Assembly (NCBI GenBank): GCA_002311135.1
Contig: DBZK01000037.1
Span: 73,852-137,851 of the forward strand
DNA: 64,000 bases
Direction: 5' to 3'
Source: Dehalococcoidia bacterium UBA1162
Lineage (GTDB): Bacteria > Chloroflexota > Dehalococcoidia > GIF9 > UBA5629
Part shown: in pieces, positions 10,201-19,502 of the stretch
How positions within the stretch are numbered: position 1 is the first letter of the stretch
Layout of the letters: each line of letters begins with the position of its first letter
Translations under genes and position numbers: made by a program
The notes under the pieces: generated by a model
The model's input: the letters and a program-made list of their open reading frames with translations, nothing else
Told to the model about the DNA's origin: nothing
Database searches by the model: none

Positions 10201-12024
10201 ATGTGTGGTAAATATTTTGGAGGCTATTATTACATGAGAAGGTTGCTGATATCGTTACCGATCGCCCTGTTGATATTGATGTCGATTATCACCCCTTGCG
10301 CAGTTTATGCTGATAATGCATTCTCTCTCGGCCGGGTCTCGGACGGTTTTGGACAGGCAATTTCGATCTCCGGATTATCGTATCCCTCATTTTTGGCACA
10401 GGATAACACTACCCTGCCGGACGGCCTGACGCTCACCAAAGGATCGCCCTTTATATCGCCGTTTGAGGTCAATAAAGGTGATGTCGTAACCATAAAAATC
10501 CAAGCCGCCAATCACAGTCAGCAACAGATCATTTACCCACTCGCAGTTCAAGTCAACGGCAAAACAGTTGGCACTCCGCAAACTATCACACTGGACCCCA
10601 ACCAGACCAACGATAATATAGTCTTTCAGATAAATGCCGAAGACTCCGGCGCTGCGAATGTCACGGTCGGCAATTTAACGGGATCTTTTACAGTTAAGGA
10701 AAGCGGGGGATTTCTGGACCTGCCCCCTTACCTCTGGGCATTCTTCGGAATCGTACTCGGCGTGATAATTATGATGACCATTTTGATGGTTACCAAGCCT
10801 TCTAAGCGAAAAGCTGGGGCCCCCGGTGAACAGTTTAAAAAGGGCGGTAAGCAAAAAGGCAAACCTGGTAAACCAGGGATGGGAGATGCGCAGATGCCAG
10901 GCGGCCCGCAACGTCCGGGTATGTCCGGCATGCCTGAGGGCATGTTCATGGGTATGCAAAGCCCCGGCCAGCCGGGGATGCCTCAAGATATGTCTGCACC
11001 AGGCATGCCTGGAATGCAACAACCGTTTCAGCAGCAACCTCAACCGGGCATGCAGCCACAATTTCAGCAGCCAAACCAACCGGGCATGCAGCCGCCATTC
11101 CAACAGCAGAACCAGCCGGGTATGCCGCCTCCCGGTATGAGGGGTCCTCAATTCCCATCAGGCCCGCAAATGCAGCAGCAAGGCGGTCAACCGCCAATGC
11201 AGGGGATGCCTCCAGGCGCACCGCAGATGGGTCAGGGAATGCCACCCCAGATGGGCGGCCAACCGTTCGGAATGCAACGGCCTCAGCCTGGAATGCCTCC
11301 TGTAGCACCACAGATGCCTCCTCTCGGTCAGCAATTTATGCAATCCGGCCAGCCAAACATGCCACCACCTATGCCCTCTCAGGCAATGCCTCCGGGCATG
11401 AGCCACTCCGGCCAATCAGGTATGCAACCTTCAGCCCCCGGGGCAGGACCGATGAGCATGCCCAAGTTTTCGGTCAGCAACCTCACTATTACGCCAAACA
11501 ATGTCAAAGTGGGCGAGCCCGTAAATATAAGCATCATAGTCTCCAATAATGGAATGCAAACCGGAAAATACAGCGTGGTACTGAGGGTCGGTGGAGTCGT
11601 TGAAAATATCAGCGACCTGTCCTTACCGCCCGGCGCCAGCCAAACCGCCGTCTTCACAGTGGTTAAAGACGTGGCCGGCGATTACTACGCCGATATCGAT
11701 GGACTCGGCGGATTTTTCACGGCCATCCCCCTGGCGCCGCCTTCATTCATTGTCAGCAATTTCTCCATTGGCCCCGAGCGCGTCAGACAGGGACAGCCGG
11801 TGATCGTAACGGCTTCGGTAACGAACGTGGGGGAGGTAACGGGAACTCATACCTTGATCCTGAGGGTAAAGGGCCTATCCGAGAGCCAACAAGAAGTCAG
11901 CCTAGGTCCCGGCAAAATGCAGAACGTTGAATTCCAGATCATAAAGGATACGCCGGGCTTTTATCCCGTTGCACTGGAAAACTGGACCGGCAAGTTCGTA
12001 GTTGAGATGGACTGGAACGGCTAA
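10201..12024 (+). CDS. membrane-anchored surface protein with an N-terminal Ig/CARDB-like domain, one TM helix, a Met/Pro/Gln/Gly-rich low-complexity linker and two C-terminal CARDB domains
   Basis: Signal peptide MRRLLISLPIALLILMSIITPCAVYA. TM helix LWAFFGIVLGVIIMMTILMV. About 220 aa of PGMQPxFQQ-type repeats. Two ~90-aa CARDB-like repeats (VGEPVNISIIVSNNG... and RQGQPVIVTASVTNVG...). Confidence 0.7.
   Translation: MCGKYFGGYYYMRRLLISLPIALLILMSIITPCAVYADNAFSLGRVSDGFGQAISISGLSYPSFLAQDNTTLPDGLTLTKGSPFISPFEVNKGDVVTIKIQAANHSQQQIIYPLAVQVNGKTVGTPQTITLDPNQTNDNIVFQINAEDSGAANVTVGNLTGSFTVKESGGFLDLPPYLWAFFGIVLGVIIMMTILMVTKPSKRKAGAPGEQFKKGGKQKGKPGKPGMGDAQMPGGPQRPGMSGMPEGMFMGMQSPGQPGMPQDMSAPGMPGMQQPFQQQPQPGMQPQFQQPNQPGMQPPFQQQNQPGMPPPGMRGPQFPSGPQMQQQGGQPPMQGMPPGAPQMGQGMPPQMGGQPFGMQRPQPGMPPVAPQMPPLGQQFMQSGQPNMPPPMPSQAMPPGMSHSGQSGMQPSAPGAGPMSMPKFSVSNLTITPNNVKVGEPVNISIIVSNNGMQTGKYSVVLRVGGVVENISDLSLPPGASQTAVFTVVKDVAGDYYADIDGLGGFFTAIPLAPPSFIVSNFSIGPERVRQGQPVIVTASVTNVGEVTGTHTLILRVKGLSESQQEVSLGPGKMQNVEFQIIKDTPGFYPVALENWTGKFVVEMDWNG
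10800..11460 (+). repeat. degenerate tandem repeats in DNA and protein encoding the M/P/Q/G-rich linker
   Basis: Recurring ccgggcatgcagcc / cagcagc units encoding QPGMQPQFQQ, NQPGMQPPFQQ and similar. Confidence 0.6.
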
Positions 12025-12042
12025 ACCACCGGGTTAGGAAGG

Positions 12043-12522
12043 CTATTCCGTTTCCTCATCGGTTTTGAGCAGTTCGTCTTTATCCTGCAGGTAATCTATA
12101 TATAGTATCCCATTCAGGTGGTCTATTTCGTGCTCAAGTGCCTGGGCCAGTAGCTCTGTAGCCTTTTTACGGACCAGTTTACCATGCCTGTCCCTGGCCC
12201 TGACCTTGACCGATTCCGATCTTGTGATTTCCGCCTGGTAACCCGGTATGCTCAGACAGCCCTCCATCACACACCTTTCCCCCTGCTTTTCGACGATTTC
12301 CGGGTTAATCAAGGCAAGGACATCCTCTTCCTCAGGAACTCTAATAACTATAATGCGCAGAGCGGTGCCGACCTGGTTGGCCGCCAGACCCACGCCAGGG
12401 GCGGCATTCAGCGTTTCGACCATATCGTCAATCAGACGCTGAACGGAATCGATGTCCTTGACACGTTTCGCTTTTTTCCTGAGAACAGGATCAGGGTTGG
12501 TGCGGATTTTCAATACAGCCAT
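12043..12522 (-). CDS. def: peptide deformylase
   Basis: GLAANQVG, EGCLSIPG and HEIDHLNG motifs; 159 aa. Confidence 0.9.
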   Translation of the reverse strand: MAVLKIRTNPDPVLRKKAKRVKDIDSVQRLIDDMVETLNAAPGVGLAANQVGTALRIIVIRVPEEEDVLALINPEIVEKQGERCVMEGCLSIPGYQAEITRSESVKVRARDRHGKLVRKKATELLAQALEHEIDHLNGILYIDYLQDKDELLKTDEETE

Positions 12523-12531
12523 GCTAGATAA

Positions 12532-14754
12532 TTAAATCATACCAATGGGGTCAACGTCCAAAATCCATCCCAGCGGGAAATCCACTTTGGCCAAAATACC
12601 CTGAATGTTGCCGCCTAATATAATAATCTGTACCTGGTATTTACCCCTCAACCTCGAAATGAAAGCGGGCGCAGGGCCAATTAATTTAAACCCTTCCAGG
12701 CCTTGTTGATCGATAATCAATTGAATGCTGACGGCCAGTCTCCCGGCTTCCGCCCGGCACTTCTCTTCATTACTATGTACGTAAACCAGGCGCCCCATCC
12801 TGGTAAACGGAGGGTAGCTGTATTCGCGCCTGTACTTCAATTCACTTTCATAAAATCCGGCATAGTCGTGCAGTGCAGCATACCTGACAGCGTAATATCC
12901 CGGGTTGTAGGTCTGAATAACGGCTTTACCAGCTGTTATTCCACGGCCGGCCCTGCCCTCAACCTGGCACAACAACTGAAATGTCCTCTCCCCCGAGCGG
13001 AAGTCGGGAAGATTCAAAGCGGTATCCGCGTTTACAATGCCCACCAGGGATACACCTGGAAAATCCAGGCCCTTGGCCAGTATCTGTGTACCGACCAATA
13101 TATCTATCTCACGTTTGCGAAAGCTATTCATGGCTTTTTCATAGTCCCTTGCTTTGGCCATAGTATCGCTGTCAATACGCAGCACCCGAGCATGCGGGAA
13201 TAATTCCCTGCATTCCGCTTCAACCTTCTCAGTGCCGATGCCAAAGTATTTGATTTCTTCCTTTTTACAGTTGGGGCAGATCCTGAGAACCGGGTAAGTA
13301 CGCCGGCAATGATGGCAAATCAGGCGCTTCTCGATTGAATGGTAGGTGAGCGAACCGGAGCATCTCTTGCAGCTTGGCACGAAACCGCAATTCATGCACT
13401 CCACGAAGGTCGACTGGCCGCGCCGGTTGATAAAAAGGATAATCTGCTCACGTTGTTCGAGAGCCAGCTTTACCTGTGCCTTGAGCAAGCGGCTAAAGAT
13501 ACTACGGTTCCCCTCCTTGAATTCATCCCTCATATTGACGATACTGACTTGAGGCAAAGGCGTGCTGCCAAGAGGCGTGATACGTTCTTTTAACTCTATA
13601 AGCCGATATTCACCATTGACGGCCTTATAGTATGTCTCGACATCGGGCGTTGCACTGCCCATTATAAGCGTGGAGCCGGTCAGCCTGGCCAGTTGCACAG
13701 CCGCATCCCGAGCATGATATCTGGGTGTTTTGTCGGACTGCTTATAGGCCCATTCATGTTCCTCATCAACTATTATCAGTCCCAGGTCAGGCTGCGGTGA
13801 GAAGATGGCGCTGCGCGGTCCGATCACGATATCGAAATCTCCGTCCTTGATGCGCCTCCACTCATCATACTGCTCCCCCCTGGAAAGTTTGCTGTGAAAT
13901 ACGGCAACTCTGCCGGGAAACCTGGCGAAAAACCGGCTGATGGTCTGCGTTGTTAGAGAGATTTCGGGCACCAGACATATGCCTTTTTTCCCGCACTTTA
14001 TGGTCTCTGCCAGCGCCCTCAGATATATCTCAGTCTTGCCACTGCCGGTAACACCGTGCAATAAAAACAGGTTACCATCTCCGGGGAAAACATGCCCGTT
14101 GATCGCAGCTTCTATGGGATGCCAAGCCAGGCTCTGGTTATCAGTGAACGTGAACGGCAGTTCCAGAGAAAGCTCGCGGCGGGCGAGCGGATCACGACTT
14201 ACCTCTACTTTCTCTTCAATCACCAGTCCTTTAGCCAGCAGCACTTTTATGACACCCCTCTCCAGATGTAATTGTCCCAGAATTTGAGGAACCGGCAGCC
14301 TGCCTCCGGATTCGGATAGCAAATCAAGTATAGCACGCTGTTTCGCTGAAACGGGTTTCCTGTTCGAAGCCCCTTTTACACGTTCATCATCGGGAACAAG
14401 CACCAGATACCTTAATGATTTGGGTTTTATAACTGTGTTTCTCTCGAAACCGGGGGGCAGAAACAGGGCAATAGCGCTCCAGAGCGGCGATATGTAATAG
14501 TCGGAGATCCACAGGGCGAGCTTGATTCGTTTGGGTGATATGATGGGCGACAAAGAGATGAGCTGCTCAATGTCTCTGGTTTCGGGGAAAGAAGGTTTAT
14601 CCGTAACCTCGACGACAATGCCCTGCAAGACTCTCGGCCCGAAGGGCACCCTGACCCCATAGCCAACCTCTACCCTTAGTGTCTCCGGGATCGAATAGGA
14701 GAAAGTATGTCGATGGCCGCCAGCTACATTGACGGCCACCTCAGCATATTTCAT
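12532..14754 (-). CDS. priA: primosomal protein N' (replication restart helicase)
   Basis: 740 aa with Walker A GVTGSGKTE, a DEEH box and Cys-rich zinc-binding inserts (CxxC x4). Confidence 0.9.
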   Translation of the reverse strand: MKYAEVAVNVAGGHRHTFSYSIPETLRVEVGYGVRVPFGPRVLQGIVVEVTDKPSFPETRDIEQLISLSPIISPKRIKLALWISDYYISPLWSAIALFLPPGFERNTVIKPKSLRYLVLVPDDERVKGASNRKPVSAKQRAILDLLSESGGRLPVPQILGQLHLERGVIKVLLAKGLVIEEKVEVSRDPLARRELSLELPFTFTDNQSLAWHPIEAAINGHVFPGDGNLFLLHGVTGSGKTEIYLRALAETIKCGKKGICLVPEISLTTQTISRFFARFPGRVAVFHSKLSRGEQYDEWRRIKDGDFDIVIGPRSAIFSPQPDLGLIIVDEEHEWAYKQSDKTPRYHARDAAVQLARLTGSTLIMGSATPDVETYYKAVNGEYRLIELKERITPLGSTPLPQVSIVNMRDEFKEGNRSIFSRLLKAQVKLALEQREQIILFINRRGQSTFVECMNCGFVPSCKRCSGSLTYHSIEKRLICHHCRRTYPVLRICPNCKKEEIKYFGIGTEKVEAECRELFPHARVLRIDSDTMAKARDYEKAMNSFRKREIDILVGTQILAKGLDFPGVSLVGIVNADTALNLPDFRSGERTFQLLCQVEGRAGRGITAGKAVIQTYNPGYYAVRYAALHDYAGFYESELKYRREYSYPPFTRMGRLVYVHSNEEKCRAEAGRLAVSIQLIIDQQGLEGFKLIGPAPAFISRLRGKYQVQIIILGGNIQGILAKVDFPLGWILDVDPIGMI

Positions 14755-14759
14755 CCAAA

Positions 14760-15188
14760 TTACTTAGATTCAGTAGGTGTATCGACAGGGGCTGCTTCGG
14801 CGGCGGGCGCCTCTTCAGGTGCAGCTACAGCAGCAGTCTCGGTCATACGCTCACGCCTCTCCTTTAGCCTGGCTTCTTTGGTGCTGAGCCTCCGGATATA
14901 GTACAGCTTGCTGCGGCGTACTTTGCCATGCCGGACAACTTCAATTTTCTCCAGCAGCGGTGAGGCCAAAGGAAACGTATGTTCGACACCTACACCGGAA
15001 GTGACCCTACGGACTGTGAAATTACCGCCGGCCCCGTTCCTGGCAATTTTGATCACCAGCCCCGGGAACGTTTGTAACCTTTCCCGGCTGGCCTCTTTGA
15101 TCTTAAAACTCACGCGTACATTATCTCCGGCTGCGAGCTTGGGCAAATTCGGGTTTATTTTAGTTTTTCCTAAAGTTTTGATGTCCAT
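14760..15188 (-). CDS. rplS: 50S ribosomal protein L19 with an Ala/Pro/Glu-rich C-terminal tail
   Basis: L19 core (…FPGLVIKIARNGAGGNFTVRR…) plus a ~25-aa tail AAVAAPEEAPAAEAAPVDTPTESK. Pairs with trmD. Confidence 0.85.
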   Translation of the reverse strand: MDIKTLGKTKINPNLPKLAAGDNVRVSFKIKEASRERLQTFPGLVIKIARNGAGGNFTVRRVTSGVGVEHTFPLASPLLEKIEVVRHGKVRRSKLYYIRRLSTKEARLKERRERMTETAAVAAPEEAPAAEAAPVDTPTESK

Positions 15189-15210
15189 TTCTGATTCCTT
15201 TCCTTAGAAT

Positions 15211-15954
15211 TTAATTATTGTTCAAATCAACAGATTGTAGCATTTTACGCTCTTTATCTGTTAGTGAAGCCTTGTTCAACAGGTCCGGCCGTCTGCTGGC
15301 AGTCCGCTTAAGGCTCTGCGCTCGACGCCAATCCGCAATCTCTCTATGGTTGCCCGAGAGCAGGACATCGGGCACCTTCCAGCCTCTAAATTCCGGCGGC
15401 CTCGTATATTGAGGATACTCCAGCAATCCTTCCATATGCGACTCTTCTACCAGTGAAGTACTGGAGCCTAAAGCACCGGGCTGCAGCCTCACCAGGCAAT
15501 CAATTATCACCATGGCCGCCACCTCGCCACCGCTTAGCAAATAGTCCCCGATGCTTATCTGGTCAGTAGCCAGGTGTTGGGCCACCCTCTCGTCAATACC
15601 TTCGTAATGGCCGCATATCAATATTATATGGTTTTCCCCGATGAGCTTACCTGCCAGTTCCTGGGTAAATAACCTTCCCTGGGGAGTCAGCAAAACAATC
15701 CGGCAATCATCTGCATGGTTTTGGTTTTTTACGAATTCCACAGCTTCAAATATAGGGTCCGGTTTCATAACCATCCCTGCTCCCCCACCATAGGGATAGT
15801 CATCCACCGTATTATGCTTATCATGTGTAAAATCCCGAATATTATGTAATCTTATATCTACCACTTGCTTTTCGGCAGCTCTGCCGATAATGCTGTGCGT
15901 CAGATAGCCCGTAAAAGCCTCGGGAAAGAGCGTCAATATATCAATGCGTAACAC
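15211..15954 (-). CDS. trmD: tRNA (guanine37-N1)-methyltransferase
   Basis: 247 aa SPOUT-fold protein with TrmD motifs (…GYEGIDERV…, PGALG). Confidence 0.9.
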   Translation of the reverse strand: MLRIDILTLFPEAFTGYLTHSIIGRAAEKQVVDIRLHNIRDFTHDKHNTVDDYPYGGGAGMVMKPDPIFEAVEFVKNQNHADDCRIVLLTPQGRLFTQELAGKLIGENHIILICGHYEGIDERVAQHLATDQISIGDYLLSGGEVAAMVIIDCLVRLQPGALGSSTSLVEESHMEGLLEYPQYTRPPEFRGWKVPDVLLSGNHREIADWRRAQSLKRTASRRPDLLNKASLTDKERKMLQSVDLNNN

Positions 15955-16191
15955 AGTGCAATCGTCCGTCGATACCTAAAATAGCAAATCATTCTACCAT
16001 ACCCGTATTAAACCACAAAATAAATCTTCAGCCATTACCTTTTATATATATGTGAATATCCGGATACACCTTAACACAATATATTGTGGTTTTGCTGACA
16101 TGTAACCTTTTATTTTGTAGTTTTTAAAATAAGCCGCTATTTTTTGCAATAAAATCGGCGAAAATATCGAAGTTTTTTCCCTGTTTAGCTA

Positions 16192-16255
16192 TTGACAAGT
16201 GGGGTAAAAAGTGTTCATAATGGGGCGTAGTGGTAAAAAGTGGTAAATAAGGGTA
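16192..16255 (+). promoter_or_regulatory. candidate promoter (TTGACA-N18-CATAAT) followed by 10-bp-phased TGGGN/TGGTA direct repeats, resembling an MraZ operator
   Basis: TGGGG at 16200 and 16221, TGGTA at 16231 and 16241, GGGTA at 16251, all in 10-bp register directly upstream of the first gene of the division cluster. Confidence 0.4.
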
Positions 16256-16261
16256 AAGGAT

Positions 16262-16627
16262 ATGGTAATTAACTATTGCTGCGAGAACATGGTGGAGCCA
16301 GATCTTTTCTCGTTTATAAAAGAAAATGATTTTACAGGATTGAAATTGAGACTTTTATTTTTCTGGGGGAAGCACCCCCATACTAAATTCGATATGGATT
16401 GCATTGCGAACTTTCTGGATATCACGCGCTATCACCTGCGTGACATCATCAAAGATTTAATCAGTAAAGGAGTGATCGACGAACAATATTGCTCTAATGG
16501 AACGGCCCATTACTCACTAAACCATGAAAACGAAAAAACCAAATATATTGATGAGTTGGCCCGCCTCGATTGGAGCGTCTTGAATAGTATGCTGGGAGCT
16601 ATTGAAAGAGAAGCTCTACCGGTATAA
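16262..16627 (+). CDS. small hypothetical protein with a winged-helix-like segment, first gene of the dcw cluster
   Basis: 121 aa. LDITRYHLRDIIKDLISKGVID looks like an HTH recognition helix. AAGGA Shine-Dalgarno before the ATG. Confidence 0.5.
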   Translation: MVINYCCENMVEPDLFSFIKENDFTGLKLRLLFFWGKHPHTKFDMDCIANFLDITRYHLRDIIKDLISKGVIDEQYCSNGTAHYSLNHENEKTKYIDELARLDWSVLNSMLGAIEREALPV

Positions 16628-16650
16628 AAAAGCTGTCAGGTTTATTAATT

Positions 16651-17079
16651 ATGTTTGTTGGTGAGTACGAATACAAGGTCGATAACAAGGGCCGTCTGCC
16701 TTTGCCGCCCAAATTCCGCAAAGAGATCGATGACGGCCTGGTCCTTACCATGGTGGCGGATAACTGCATCACTGCCTATACAAAGGACGACTGGGCCAAG
16801 ATGACCGCTAGCCAGGCCCCGACCGGTTTCCTTATGTCGGATAAAGAGAGGAAGGTTAACCGTTTTATCTTCAGCAACGCCAACGAGGTCACTATAGATA
16901 ACCAGGGCAGGATTTCCCTGCCTTCAGCGCTGAGGGAAAGATGCGGCATCTCCGATAGCGCTGCTATAGCCGGTGTGAACAACTATTTCGAAATTTGGAA
17001 CCCGGCCCACTGGAAGAAAGAAAGGCTTTCCTCTGACGACGCGCGTCAGATAATGGACTTCCTTGAGGAGAGAAAATGA
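16651..17079 (+). CDS. mraZ: transcriptional regulator MraZ
   Basis: 142 aa with duplicated MraZ halves (DNKGRLPLP and DNQGRISLP). Confidence 0.9.
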   Translation: MFVGEYEYKVDNKGRLPLPPKFRKEIDDGLVLTMVADNCITAYTKDDWAKMTASQAPTGFLMSDKERKVNRFIFSNANEVTIDNQGRISLPSALRERCGISDSAAIAGVNNYFEIWNPAHWKKERLSSDDARQIMDFLEERK

Positions 17080-18011
17080 GCCTAACTTTAGACAGAATGG
17101 TACATACACCCGTACTGATCTCGGAGGTCATTCAGGGGCTGGACGTTAGCCCTGGGAAACGATATGTTGACTGCACTCTGGGCGGCGGCGGCCATTCATC
17201 GGCCATACTGTCCAAGTGCCAGCCCGGCGGCGAGCTGCTGGGCATTGACTCGGACCCCGAGGCCATCCGCATCGCACAGCACAACCTCTATGACTACTTC
17301 GAAAGCACCGTAATCGTTAATGATAACTTCTATAACCTGGAGCAAATTTGCACCGAGACCGGTTTTATGCCGGTAGATGGTATTTTATTCGACCTGGGTC
17401 TTTCTTCCCTTCAACTTTCCAGCGACGAACGTGGATTCAGCTTCCAGCGCAGCGGTCCGCTTGATATGAGGTTTAATCCCGATGAGCAGCTCACTGCCGC
17501 TGACATAGTCAATAAAATGCCTGAATCCAAATTGGCCCAGCTCATATTTATCTACGGTGAAGAGTCTTACGCCAACAGGATAGCCAGCAATATCGTCAGG
17601 CACAGGCCGATATCAGATACAGCCGAACTGGCTGCCATCGTTTCCAGTTCGATCGGCGACCGCTATAGTAAGATTCATCCGGCCACCAGGACCTTCCAGG
17701 CCCTGCGCATTGCCGTCAACCGGGAACTGGACCACCTCACTTCCGCCCTCGACCAGAGCCTAAAGTGCATGGCTCCGGGGGGCAGGCTGGCGGTCATCAG
17801 CTACCATTCGCTGGAAGACCGCATCGTCAAGAATTTCATGTTACGAGAAACCCGGTCATGCATCTGTCCCAGCAATATTCCCGAATGCCGCTGCCATCAC
17901 CAGCAGAAACTCACCCTGATCAACAAGCATCCCATTACCCCGACTGAATCCGAAATCGATATTAACCCGCGCAGCAGGAGCGCCAAGCTCCGCGTCGCGC
18001 AAAGAATATAA
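17076..18011 (+). CDS. rsmH: 16S rRNA (cytosine1402-N4)-methyltransferase RsmH/MraW
   Basis: 311 aa with a DCTLGGGGHS SAM motif, overlapping mraZ by 4 nt. Confidence 0.9.
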   Translation: MSLTLDRMVHTPVLISEVIQGLDVSPGKRYVDCTLGGGGHSSAILSKCQPGGELLGIDSDPEAIRIAQHNLYDYFESTVIVNDNFYNLEQICTETGFMPVDGILFDLGLSSLQLSSDERGFSFQRSGPLDMRFNPDEQLTAADIVNKMPESKLAQLIFIYGEESYANRIASNIVRHRPISDTAELAAIVSSSIGDRYSKIHPATRTFQALRIAVNRELDHLTSALDQSLKCMAPGGRLAVISYHSLEDRIVKNFMLRETRSCICPSNIPECRCHHQQKLTLINKHPITPTESEIDINPRSRSAKLRVAQRI

Positions 18012-18032
18012 AAATAGCAGGAGGCAAGGAAA

Positions 18033-18176
18033 ATGATAGCAGCAAGCAGATTTGGCACCATCCTGACGAGAGACAGGAGACTCCTGGCAATATTCGGCGG
18101 TATGGTTTTTGACGGGATCGTTTTCGTCAGCCTGATAATCGCTATTGCCATCCTTTACTTCTTATAGCGCTTTGAA
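18033..18176 (+). CDS. 47-aa single-TM micro-protein, FtsL-like by position
   Basis: Not in the ORF track. AGGAGG Shine-Dalgarno at 18019-18024 precedes the ATG at 18033. It encodes MIAASRFGTILTRDRRLLAIFGGMVFDGIVFVSLIIAIAILYFL between rsmH and ftsA, where ftsL normally sits. Confidence 0.4.
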
Positions 18177-18236
18177 ATCAATCAGCAGGAAAATTAGCAA
18201 ATTTAAGTATCACTAAATCGAAGGAGGCATGGATAA

Positions 18237-19463
18237 ATGACAAGAAGGTTAATCACCGGCATCGATGTGGGTACAACTAAGATTTGTACAATAGTTGCCA
18301 CCCTTGATTCCGGCGGTGCCCTGCAGGTACTTGGGGTCGGCCAGGTACCTTCCCACGGTCTTCACAAAGGCATGGTCGTCAACGTCGATGAAGCCAGAGA
18401 TTCAATTGCCGAATCGGTCAAACGTGCTGAACAGGCCAGCGGCGTAAAGATCGAGTCAGCCTACATCGGCGTAACCGGCAGGCACATCAGTTCGGTCAAC
18501 AGCCACGGCGTGGTGGCCATACCCAGGACCGACCGGCTTGTCCGGCAGGACGACCTGTCACGCGTTCTATCATCAGCCAAGAACATCAACATCCCTGATG
18601 ACAGAAAAATCCTTCACCAGATCCCCAGGGGTTACAGCCTGGACACCCAGGAAAAAATCAAGAACCCGGTAGGCATGCATGGGTTCAGGCTGGACGTCGA
18701 AACCCACATCATCACCGCTTCCACCGCATCAGTGCAGAACCTGGTTAAATGCGTTCGCAGCGTTGGTGTGGAAATCGACGACCTGGTGCTCGAACCGCTG
18801 GCCAGCGGCGAGTCGGTTCTTACGCCGGAAGAGAAAGAGATCGGCGTAATCATGGCGGATATCGGCGGAGGCACCACTGATATCGCCGTATTTAAGGACG
18901 GCAGTATCTACCACACTTCGATAATACCCGTAGCCGGCTACCAGTTCACCAGCGACCTTTCGATCGGCCTGGGACTGCCCTTTGAAATCGCAGAGGCGAT
19001 GAAGAAGAAGTACGGTAATGTTTACCCTGAGACGGGGCAGAAAGACGAGGGTTCCACTTTGACGGTGGAAGACGGACACAGCGTTTCCTACAAAGACCTT
19101 TGCAACATACTTCGGGACCGCATGGAAGAGCTGCTCAGGCTTATCTTACTGGAAATGCCGGATACCAGCTATGCAACGCTGGCCCCGGCCGGACTGGTAA
19201 TGACCGGCGGCGGGTCCAAGATGAACGGCCTCGAAGCACTCTCCCGTGGCACCATCCGCATCCCGACCAGGATTGGAGAACCGATGGGAGTCTATGGCAT
19301 TACCGATGTGCTGCATGACCCGGCCAACGCTACCGGCGTGGGTCTTCTCCTCTGGGCCATCAAGACCGGCGGAAAGCCCACCTGGGAATCGAAGGGCGGC
19401 GGCGCCAAAACCAGCCAGGTAAGCAACGTCATGGGCATGCTCAAGAAATTCTTTAGTGCCTGA
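18237..19463 (+). CDS. ftsA: cell division protein FtsA
   Basis: 408 aa actin-fold protein with a GIDVGTTKI phosphate-1 motif, directly upstream of ftsZ. Confidence 0.9.
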   Translation: MTRRLITGIDVGTTKICTIVATLDSGGALQVLGVGQVPSHGLHKGMVVNVDEARDSIAESVKRAEQASGVKIESAYIGVTGRHISSVNSHGVVAIPRTDRLVRQDDLSRVLSSAKNINIPDDRKILHQIPRGYSLDTQEKIKNPVGMHGFRLDVETHIITASTASVQNLVKCVRSVGVEIDDLVLEPLASGESVLTPEEKEIGVIMADIGGGTTDIAVFKDGSIYHTSIIPVAGYQFTSDLSIGLGLPFEIAEAMKKKYGNVYPETGQKDEGSTLTVEDGHSVSYKDLCNILRDRMEELLRLILLEMPDTSYATLAPAGLVMTGGGSKMNGLEALSRGTIRIPTRIGEPMGVYGITDVLHDPANATGVGLLLWAIKTGGKPTWESKGGGAKTSQVSNVMGMLKKFFSA

Positions 19464-19502
19464 TGATAAATATTTTTGAAATAGCAGGAGGTTCTAGAAA
19501 GT

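Noticed and set aside
10675-11415. Several minus- and plus-strand ORFs (10675..11151, 10946..11311, 11158..11415, 10826..11140) in the repetitive region
   Set aside because: They are products of the repetitive P/Q/M-coding DNA of the 10201..12024 gene read in other frames. The repeats are also not a CRISPR array: they are imperfect, in-frame coding repeats without regular spacers.
15955-16261. Searched AT-rich intergenic gaps (15955-16261, 20616-20752, 25377-25592, 55303-55650, 58930-59337) for tRNA or other RNA genes
   Set aside because: I could not see GTTCRANYC T-loop motifs or cloverleaf-compatible arms. No tRNA, rRNA or CRISPR repeats were recognised by eye. A computational scan (tRNAscan/Infernal) would be needed to be sure.
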